From: Catajapyx aquilonaris
Lineage: Eukaryota
Length of the DNA: 64,000 nt
Assembly: GCA_000934665.2 (NCBI GenBank)
Contig: KZ538144.1
Span: 1-64,000, forward strand
Direction: 5' to 3'
The notes below the pieces were generated by a model, which made no database searches, was not told where the DNA came from, and saw nothing but the letters and a program-made list of their open reading frames with translations. Below are positions 15,101 to 26,817 of the stretch, piece by piece (position 1 is the first letter of the stretch; every line of letters begins with the position of its first letter). The position numbers were made by a program, and so were the translations under genes.

Positions 15101-18100
15101 AAAAAAATAGTTTAATTGTGAGAGGGTAAACCAAGCAAAGTTTTTGCATTGCTACCGATTGTATAGACTCATTTATTCAGATTAAAAATTATTCTACAAG
15201 TTGCCATCTGACTATGGCAGACATTTTTTCCCAAAAATAAAGTAGCATTAAGGAGGCTGAATTTATGTTTATGTAACATTCAAAGAGCATGGGAATACAC
15301 ACAAATATTCTTGTAACCATTTCCACTGTCCTTTTTAAAATTCAAATATCAATAACTCAAATCTTACACAACTGAAAGTTTCTTTATATTCCCTTCTAGA
15401 TTCAAGTTACAGACATTCCACTGTATTACTAACCGGCACACGTCATTTGCTTCTTATGTTGAGTGCCAGCAGCTACTGAGAATGCAATAATCCCTTGCTG
15501 TAGGAAGCTAGGAGTGTAAGTTCATAACAGTATATAAATGAATTCTGCAAATGGAAATTCTAATGAGTGTATATTGGCAGTTTGTGGGCAGGTGGAGTGG
15601 TGCCGCGATAATGTATGCGCCCAAGGGTCTCCGGTTCGATCCCAAAAGCCTGGGTTTTCCCCCCTTCATCTTGTGCAGAGTTCAGGGTCATCTCTGGCTT
15701 TGTCTCAAGTGGGATTTCTGCTAGACTAACCACCCGGGGAGTTCACAAAATGACCATAACGAGATTGGACTGCACATCCCCTCCCAATCACCCTGCCCTC
15801 GGACCAAGGCGCTTCGCAGAAAGGTTCCCTTTGTACATTGTACAGGGTGTTTCACTAGGTAGTCCTCCCAAAGAATCAACTATATTTTTATTACTACTCT
15901 ATCTAGAAACATGACCTTGGTTCAAAAGTGACCTTAGTTCATGGGAATGTAGAACCATTCACAATAAATGCTGGGGTTGACCTTCAAGGCTTCAACGACC
16001 TCCATACGCACTCGAACGTGAATTGACGTGACGTTCCTTATTATCGAAGGCCCTCTACAGCATATCAACATTAATAGTCAGGATTGCTCTACTTACATTG
16101 CTTTCCAAGTCGTCTAACCTTGAGGTTTATTGTTATAAGCACAACCCTTCAAATATCCCCATTCATGGCTCTTTTGACAGGTGGAAACAGGAAACCCAGT
16201 TTTTCTTGTGACAAAATCGCGGTGACATTTTCAGTCTGCAATCTTCGTTTCTAATTCGTAGTGCAGAATTTGGCGGAATACACTCCCCCTTCTGATATAC
16301 CCAATCAAAAAAGTATGATGAGTTAGGGTGACCAATAGATTGGTCCTCCCCATCCACACCAATTGCATTTTTGACAGCGATGTGAATTCAAACACAACAA
16401 TGGCCCAGTGCGTAAGGGATCTCCATATTGTCACCTGACATACATCATGACTGTTGTTTAAGCTTTAGTATCAGGTAGTGTTGTAGTATGTCAGGTGCAG
16501 TCAATAACAAACTGTTGCCTTCCCAATTAAAAATGGCCCAATGATGATATCTTTCATATGAGGGGGTGAAAATAAAAAACCGACAGCTCCAGAAAATTAA
16601 AAAAAATGAGTTAGCGCCGGAAATGCATTCCTCATGCCATGGACTACATAATACCTGAATATGGTATCAAAAACCCTACATATGTACATGGGAATAGCCG
16701 CTACATTCAGGTATTTACATTGACATATACGGCGAAACTGTAGGTTTTTCTCGTTTTTCTCCGTTACGTTTATGACGGAGCTGTCGGTTTTTGATTTTCA
16801 CCCCCCTCATATGTGAATTACATCTACAAATTAACTGTCAAGACTAATCCTCTCAATTTTTAGCAGCATAACAAAATTTGGCTGCAATGATTGCACCAAC
16901 AATTGTCAAACACGCTAATGGCAGAACCAATTTGCTTTCCTTGTTAGGGAGAACATAAATTTTGAGAAGCACCATGTATCTGACACAAAACCTGATAATT
17001 ATTTACATTTGCTTCTCTGATATGCCAATTCTTCTTGGACACACCTTTTTTTTGAAGATCATGTTCACAGTTGAAAACCACCTTACTTAAAATGTAACTA
17101 TGTACTATATCGCTCATAAAGATAGAGACGATTGGCATTTGATTCAAGTGCAAGTTGCACTTGAGTCAAATGCAAAATCGTCTCTATCTTTTTGAGCGAT
17201 ATAGTACATAATGACACCATGGCATCAAATCAGTCAATCTTGGTGGCTGATATTAGGAATTTAATTTTTATTATTTAGTTCGTTTTACCTCTGTCGCTGT
17301 ACATAAATGTCGGGAGGGAGGGAGTTCACTCTCACCAAAAGAAGCAACACAGAAAAAAATATTTACAACAGATATCCAGTTGCTACTGGGCATTGTTGCA
17401 TCTTATTGGCTGATTTATATAATTCCACCAGCAGGGGTACAATGTTGTATTTCAAGTAAGGCCTTCAATGATGTGACATGAATTCATAGCAAGAAGAGCT
17501 GCAAGTATTTTGCTATCAATATGCATGCACTATATTCTGCCCATAGTCATTTTTGTACAGTCTAAAACTCTAAGCAGCCATGCAATTGCCACACAATTTG
17601 GCTCCTCATTCAGGCTCGAGATACTGACATCATCGAATTCACAAGCCACTCAATTCATAAAACTTGTTAATAAATAAATTTTTACATTAATACAACTTAC
17701 TTCCATGAGTTCACGAGCAATCTCCATGAACAACCTCTCCACATTGTCTGCTTCTTTAGCTGACGTTTCTATGAAGTACATGTTGTGTCTGTGAGCAAAT
17801 TCCTCGCCCACTGGAGTTGGAATCTCTCGATCTTCACGGTCTATTTTGTTTCCTGGAAGGTAATGAAACTTAGTATTGTTGCCATCACAAAATTCACCTA
17901 GTAAAATTTACTTGCTAAATGGAAGTATGTGTGGGTGTGTGTGAGAGAGAGATTCATAATTAAGCTTATGCACCCAAGTCCTGTTGGCCCCCTGAAGGGA
18001 GAAAACGGAGGAAAGGGAGTGAGAGGTGTGCAGGGAAAGTACACATTTGTTTCTTCTGACAGATAAATCTAAAAACTTCTGTTTATTTTACTGTTCGAAT

Positions 18101-21100
18101 TTTGAATAATACATACTTTGCAAAATTTGATATGTTATGGTAAAGGTTAGCATGGGGCAAGATTAATGGGTTATTACTAGAATATGGATTTCTTAGGTTT
18201 TTATCTACTTTTTATTTCAAAGGCAGAACACTGGAACCAAAATATCTATCCGTTTCATAACACAAGGACCTCAAAAATCGTAGTTTATAGAGCCTAAAAT
18301 GGCCTATTTCGGGCATTGGAACCTAAATGGCCTATTAGAGCCTATTTCCACCTTTTGACGCCGTTTTGTAGGATTTTCGAGAGTTTTGAAGGGTTTTCTA
18401 TTCAAGATATCCCTCTTGCTTCAACCTGCCAAGGGCTAAGAAGCTGTAGGCATACTGGATGAACTGGCAGTAGAAGACAGTTCACTTTTCAAGTATGATC
18501 CAGTTGCTTAGTGTGACATCGAAAGGTCATTTTCAGCATATAAAGATGCATTGTCAGACAGGCATCGCCTACTACCCAACGAAAATACGAGAAAATATGA
18601 AACAACTGCTAGTTTGCTAACGTGCTACAAAATTCCATGGCCAAGAGTAGTACAGTTGAGACTCCTTCATCCGAAATTCCGAAATCCAAAAACCTCCGAA
18701 AACCGAAAGTGTTTTGAGTGACATGACACATCACAAATGGAAAATTCCATGTGAGTGTGACATTACTAGCGTCATTACCTGCATCTGCACATATAACAAA
18801 TATTTAAAATGCATATGACACTACCTACAGGGTTTATGCATAACCACTATTAAATGTATATGAATATTTTGTTAAGGAATTTATTCCATCCCAAATCCCC
18901 CATTATACGTACAGTATTACAATAAAAAATAAAAAATAATAATAATAAATAAAAAATAATAATAAAAATAAAAAAATAATAAAAAATCAATAATAATAAT
19001 AAAAAATAAAAAATAAACGAATTCCAAAACACTGCTGGTCCCAAGCATTTCGGATAAAGGATTCTCAATTGTATAGGAATGAAAATAAATCAGGACCTGC
19101 TTGATTTTTACTGCCTATTTAAGAGCCTATTTTGAGTGTTTTCAGGACCTAAATACCTTTTTGGGAGGGTTTTCAGAACCTAAATATCCATTGCTTAGTT
19201 ATTACAAACTCTCAAAAATTCCTTAATAAAAATCTTCTATCTTATAACTTCAGAGTTTTACACGTGTAAGGGAGAGCAGGGTCGGTTGTAACACTTTTTA
19301 GTCGTGATTTTTTTAATTCAGTTACATATGCATTTAGGCAAAGGTTTATGACATGGTGGAAATAAGGGAACATTCCTCTTGTAAAATTATCATAATAATT
19401 AAAAATTGATAGATTTATCAATATTTTTCCAAGGCAAGGCAGAGTGTTACAACACAGGTTGTAACAGAGGGCGGGGTCGATTGTAACACTACATCTTAAG
19501 GAAGAAATGTAATATAGAAGAACAGTTTACACCCACTCATCTTCGAGAGTCTAGACAATTGTCTTACAGCCTACTTGATCCACCGAGATTACTCTTTGTC
19601 TATCGATACACTGGAATTTATTCAGCATACAAGTTTTACAAGAAAAGAATTTTTTATTCATATAAATTATTGACAAACTGGTTATAAGAGGCTTTATTGC
19701 ACAAAATAACTATTTCTACTCTAAATATCCTGTGAGATATGTAGCTATAACATCTGTACACAGACTTGACCTTTCTCCCATGATTTTACCATGTTACAAC
19801 CAACCCCAAAGAAGTTGTTACAAACGTCCCCATTGTGTGCTGTCTTGTAGATATGCTTACTATTTTTTAACTGTGCACATGATTTGGTCATCCATGCCGT
19901 CAGTGTGAGCCCACTAAAGCAACCTTTCTCATGGTACCAAGGGCAATTCAGTAACACTTCTACCCTCTGCCTAATCACTTGATTACTGTCACTCACAAAA
20001 GTTGGGAACACACCGTCATTTTGGTTTTTTGCATACAGAAGAACAAAAAACAAAAAAGGAGTAGTCTAAGTCTTGCCCAGCTTAGAGGCCATACTGGCAC
20101 ACATACTGTGTGAGTTTCAGCTTCAGGGCTTTCCAAACGTATTTATTATTGGCGATGTTACAACAGTTCCCTGTTACATCCGACCCCGATCTCCCTTACA
20201 TGTTTTATAGAAAAAGAAGCCCCTTTTGATAATAATTATTAGTAAAACTGACCGACTAAGACCCGAAGGACTTTAGAGCTGGCATACTCCTCCACTTCCC
20301 GAAGCCAGTCGGGTAAGCAGTCAAAAGTTGGCTGGCAGCTAATGTCATACACCAGGATTAGGGCATGTGCAGACCTATAGTAGCTCTGGGTTATGGAGCG
20401 GAATCTCTCCTGGCCAGCAGTATCCCAGATCTGCAGCTTCACCTTCTCACCCTCAATCTCCACTGTTTTGATCATGAAGTCCACTCCAATTGTAGCGCCT
20501 TGGCCAGGAGGGAACAGACCCTGAGGGATGGAAGAAGAAAAAATGACAAAAGGTAATTTATGGCATTTCACAGCTCACTTGTCAGCATTGACACCTTACA
20601 CAAAAGAAAGATGCCTCAGCACTCAACAATTCACATGGGAGTGTAGAAGGCACACAGTGGTGCGCAGAGTTTTAAACTCCTCCTAGACGCTAGCAAAGAA
20701 AAATTAGGTCAGGATAGTTCCACACGAATTTTTTTGGCATTTACTCTTTCACACTCGTAAGACTGATGTAGCACATTCAGATATTTACATGTGTGACATG
20801 GAGATTATCAGTGATTATGTAGGGGAGACTGGCCCGATGGCCACAGGGGTACGATGGCACAGTCAAATTTGTGAAGAGGCTATTAGGTTCACGGACCTGA
20901 TGCTTTATGTGGTAGGTGCAGATAGACATGCTCCACATTCCAGCCTATTTTCAAGTCAAACGCAAAAGACTGTACCGATTTTTTTCAGGTTTTGACAATT
21001 TCAGTAAATTTCCATTTTTCATTCGTTTTTCTTTTTTCTTCCAACAGAAGTGCTACATCACCCAGCCCAATAATGAGTTTGCAAGGCAGAATATCTGGCT

Positions 21101-22302
21101 ACAAATGACAGCATAAATGGCCATTTAATATTTGTCACTCAAGTGTAGGAGGACTCTAAAGGTAAAAAAAATGCCATGAGGCATGATGGCACATTTTGCT
21201 TGGGGCACGTTGGCACATGTCCCTACCAACCTTGGCGGACCATGGCGAACATGGCTCTACTGCCTCTCTCCTGTCACTTATTAGGCCGGACCCATGCACT
21301 TTCCCAAGTTGCTGGCTACTTGCTCCTTATTAGCTGGAGGTCATTCTATGTTATCCTGCAGGCAAAAAGTTCTGAATATCTTTGTAACATTTTTGTAATC
21401 TCTTGTAACTACATGGATATGAATCAATAATGTGCGTGGAAGTGATTTGCATATTATTTCATAAGCCCTACCTTAGCCTTATATGACTGTGACAACGTGC
21501 CCCGTACCCAGGACACGATGGCACATGTGCGGAGACTTTTTAAATAATTTCTAGTGAATAGCATATTTAAAATGCAACCATGCGAAAATATCACATATTA
21601 TATTCTCAAATGCCTAAAGTATGTATCAGGATAAAAACTACAGTGAATAAGTCTTCACTGGCCTCAGAAAAAAATGAAAAGTAAAAAGTGTGCCACCTAG
21701 CCCCAGTCTCCCCTACTCTGCAAACAAATGCACAGCTACCGTTATTATTTTAAAAGCGCAATAAATCAAGTTGACTTTACTGATTTTCCTCAGAATCTAC
21801 CGTACTTTATGAAATACGTATCTACTGCTACCAAAAACTTTGCGACGGTAGGGAACTACTCCTGTGTCAGGTGCATTTGTAATAATATTGTCACCACTAT
21901 ATATAATTCATACCCCGTTATCAGGCTATCGGCTCTTTAGGGGGGAAGTTTGTGTTTTGCCTGGAACTCTTTGCTTTCATTTTACTGCGATATTTGGGAT
22001 AGGATAGGGACGGAAGGAAGCGGCTGTGGCCTATTAATTACGGAAGCAACTCAGGAATTTCCCTGGAAGGACCGTGGGGAAACCGCAGAAAACCACAGTC
22101 AGAGTTGCCGGCCCCGGGATTCGAACCCAGGCCCTCCCGATTAGCAGTCGGACGCCTTATCCACTATGCCAACCTGCTTCGGTAATATTGTCACCACTAA
22201 CTTGTAAGTGACAATATTTTCAAGTGGCATAATTATGTCATACTGCATATTCAGTGTCACAGTTAAAGTTGTATAGTATGACTTCTAATTATCATTATCA
22301 GT

Positions 22303-22387
<85 letters not shown>

Positions 22388-22740
22388 TAGGGAGGCGAAG
22401 TGGCGCTGTGGTAACGCACGAGCTCACGGATGTTAAGGTCCCGGGTTCGATCCCAGCCCGGGGTTACTCCCTTCATCTCGTGTCGAGTTTGGGCCATCTC
22501 TGGCTTCGTTTCAGGTGGAACTCCTTAGAGGCTTAGACTAACCACTCGGGGGAGTTCACAAAATGACCTCACCCACAACATTGCACTGCACTTTAGTCAC
22601 CTCCTAGTCACCCTGCCCGTGGGCCCGGGCGTTACACTAAATAGGTACCATTTACTATGTACACACAAATGGTTAAATAAAGGTCCAGCGATAGACCCAA
22701 ATAGGGTGAAAGCCCTACCCAGGATTATTTTAATAATAAT

Positions 22741-22795
<55 letters not shown>

Positions 22796-25700
22796 CAAAT
22801 CCAAGTTGCTTAAATCCCATGTTCATGTTTGTAACTATAGAATACTCCATATACGGTCCTCCTCCTCAGCGCCTATCTTGAGAACTGATCAAATCTACTT
22901 CATATAAGCCCCGTTCCTTTATTTCGGCAGTAAACTGTCTCGGCTGAAAAAGACATTCAACATGAATCCAATCCACTCAGCCTTTTAATTGGAAAGGCTC
23001 CTCCTCACTCGTGCATGCGATAAATATTTTGCATCCACTTGGCGCCAGCTTAATCACCCCTTCCCGATTCGACAAAGATATCGGCGAGGGAAATATTATT
23101 CCTCTTGATTTCAAATGGAGATTTCCAGAGAGTGCGGCTGGGAATACATTATCTTTTGTGGAGAGAAGAAATTTTCCACCAGGAAGGCTTCAATTCCTTC
23201 ACTGTCAGCTGCAACACGCGACCATTACCTTTTCACCATTTCTTCCCCTTTTGTGTGTATATGTAGGGGGAAGACTCTTCTACCTCGGTGGTCACTAATG
23301 GGACAATTTTCAACCTGTCCCCAACACACTTTTTTTGAGTGGAGGGGACCAACAAATTACGTACATCAGTTTCACTTTCGCGCCACAAGTCCACCAAAGT
23401 TCTGAACTCAGGGTTTTCATTCCCGTAATGGAAAATTTTGTGCCATTCTATAGTGCTTCCTCCCATCCCAATAAAATCAACAAAGAATCATGCTCAGTGC
23501 TGGAAAGTGCGAAATCGACTATTTGCCCGAAATCAGCATGCAAATGGTTTGCAAATCCAGAACTTGTCAAACCCGGCATGAAAAGGTCCATTTGCACCAC
23601 TTACGTCTACGTCTCGACCTTGACGTCTCAGGTCACAATTACCGATTCGAATCACACCGCACTACTAGACCTGACTTTCAAATTCAGTTCCANCCCCCCC
23701 CACGCACAAAAAAAGGAAATCACCACCCTATGCAACTCCCTGAATCTAACTGAAAATAGACACATTAACCATACATGTCAAAAAAAAAACCGCCCGTGGA
23801 ATCGATACCACTGTCCTATCCCACCTCCAAAAAAGAACATGATACCGTACTGTATATTCCCCGAGCGCATCTTGTATGAATACAAATACGTTGTTTATAA
23901 CCCGGGGTATGCAAACTGCCGGCAAATAAAGTCGGAATGACTTTGGGAAAAGGAGGGGAAAAAATATATATATTGTTTCCACCTCCACCCCCCCCCCATA
24001 AGGTTTTTACGGCCAGAAGGTTTTACGGCCACTTGTCCTTCCTCCCGCCCCCCCCCCCTCCCCCTTCTTCCGGGGAAAGGAAACGTGGCCAATCTCCACC
24101 ACGGCAAAAGACTGTAACAAAACTAGATCGATACACCGACGCTGTAGATTCCCACCCCAACATCCTTGAAAGGACACCAACAATGTTCAGAAAAAAAAAA
24201 GAAGAAAAAAAAAAATCGGTATATCGCGCGAAAATTTCCTCCCCACAAAATACTTGCCGCCCAACTAAGTGAATGACCTCAACCGTTTTAGCCGCTACAA
24301 TTAAGCTAATATATTGATTCACGCGCACTCAAATCGTATGACTCCGATCAATATTGACGATGACATCCGCCCTGTAATCTTAACCTGCCGTTTAGTTTGA
24401 CAAAACACGACCGGAAATGTCCGCCGCACCCAATAAGAACCAGATCGTTTGACATTAAAAGCATTGTCGCCCCTGGTGTTGTCCGCCCCCCCCCCCCCCN
24501 NNNNNNNNNNNNNNNNNNNNNNNNNNNNNNNNNNNNNNNNNNNNNNNNNNNNNNNNNNNNNNNNNNNNNNNNNNNNNNNNNNNNNNNNNNNNNNNNNNNN
24601 NNNNNNNNNNNNNNNNNNNNNNNNNNNNNNNNNNNNNNNNNNNNNNNNNNNNNNNNNNNNNNNNNNNNNNNNAAAAAAAAAAAAAAAATGTCAGAGCCGA
24701 TGAGGAAGAAAAAAAATAGCATCCATTACCAACAATGGCTTCTCCATCTCTGAGAGAGGTCCCAGTTGACTAACACGATCCATCTCTTTCACTCCAAAAA
24801 AAAAAAAAAATCTGCTAAAAAAAAATAGCATATCTCCACCCATGACACCCTATCCCTTAAGACGGATAGAAACACTTGGTATGTCAGCAGGGCGTGTGAA
24901 TCGCATTTTTTTACAAGTCCCTGAAAAATCCGGGGATTTTTTTATTTAAAAAAATTGGTTTATGTGGGCTATTGCAAAGTTACCACCGGAGCCAATTTCC
25001 ATAGGGTGCTGAATAGAACCTCCTAATTTCCCTCCCACAAAATCCTGGGGATCGATCGACTCCTGCATTTGCTTGTTATGCCCCCCCCTGCAATTTTCCC
25101 CAACCTGCATAGAAACCGTCGCCGAAGCTTCATCACACATGCATTGAGTACGTAACCTCCATTTTGCGTGTATTGATATATTGAACTGCGTTTTCCACGC
25201 GGATGCATAGACATTACGTATCAACATGATAGGATTTTGCATCCAGATTCTGAATATTCATGGGGATCCCATGAACAGCTATTACATTAATGTTGGGCAA
25301 CACTCAACCGAACCCACCAATTAATAGGGTGGACCTTGTTACAATCACGATAGCATAATGCTCTAGTCATACTTAAAAAGCTAGGGCGTATCCCCTTATT
25401 TCGCAAAAAAAAAGGGGGGGGGGGGGGACGGTACGCTGGTACCTTACTTCATGAAAATGGCAATCCAGATGTCTTTTTACACCACTCTCGAAAATTCCAC
25501 GTTGAATCCTTTCCCTCCTGGAACCAGCAGTTTGCATGTTAAGCAGCTATTTAAGGCACACTTTGGCCACGCCTTTCCACTGTCCCATTTTTCCCCCACG
25601 TGTAAAATTCCTCGTTAGCATTATTAAACCCAACCGGTGACTAAGCTGAGATCATATATCACCCACCACACTTCTGGGTGGGTGGATAGCACCGTCGGAA

Positions 25701-26404
25701 AACCCCCCGCATTTTCTCAAGCAATAAGAAATCCGGAGGCAAGTTGGATCGATGTGCATTCTTCCTTCATGAGGAGAGGGGGTGGTGGTAGAATGGAAGT
25801 TGCAAAAAAAAAAAAAAAAAACAGTCGTAAACTATTCTAAGCACTTGTTCTCGACACAAATTGCCTGTCGTTGTTTTCTGCTTTCTTGCTGCTTTGTCTT
25901 CTTTTTTTTTTTTTTCGGTAAATGCAAATCTGACTCGGGGGTTCCAACTCGTAAAACGCCGAATGAATCTGCAAAACGACAAAATATTTTTTTACATCCC
26001 CTCGAGCCCACTTCCCCCCCAAGCTTTTTCCTCCCATTATACTTAAAAAACTGCGCTAATTTTGCTAAATTGCTCCGGTAGCACCACTCCCTTTTTTAAG
26101 TTTGTCCATCACATGCTAATTTCTCCTCACGTTAGAAATAGAACATTTCGAAGGATGTGAAATTACATCCTTCTGGATTTCTTAACAACGGATGTGGGCG
26201 AGTTCTGATCCGCCTCGAAAATTATAGGCGCCTTGGAGCAACTTCTAAAACTTTTTTTTTTTCCTCTCTCCATCTTGCTTCCCTTCCCGTATCCAATTAC
26301 AAACTTGAAATTGCGCGCACGTGAAAAAATCCTCGTCTTCTTGCAGCCTTCTCCCAAACTATCAACACCAATTTCATAACCCGGCCACACATTCGGCTAA
26401 TAAT

Positions 26405-26467
<63 letters not shown>

Positions 26468-26641
26468 ATCCCCCAAAATGGGTTATGCCCTCGAAAGGGG
26501 CTTCATAATAAATAAATAAATAAATAAATAAATAATAATAATATTAGCCTATTATTATAATAATAGCCTATTATAATAATAGCCTATTATAATAATAATA
26601 GCCTATTATAATAATAATAGCCTATTATAATAATAATAGCC

Positions 26642-26695
<54 letters not shown>

Positions 26696-26752
26696 CGGTA
26701 CTACTAATATCCCCCAAAATGGGTTATGCCCTCGAAAGGGGCTTCATAATAA

Positions 26753-26817
<65 letters not shown>

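Noticed and set aside
26321..26515. Poly-His ORF (also the poly-Asn ORFs at 22254 and 22619)
   Set aside because: These are translations of (CAT)n and (AAT)n microsatellites.
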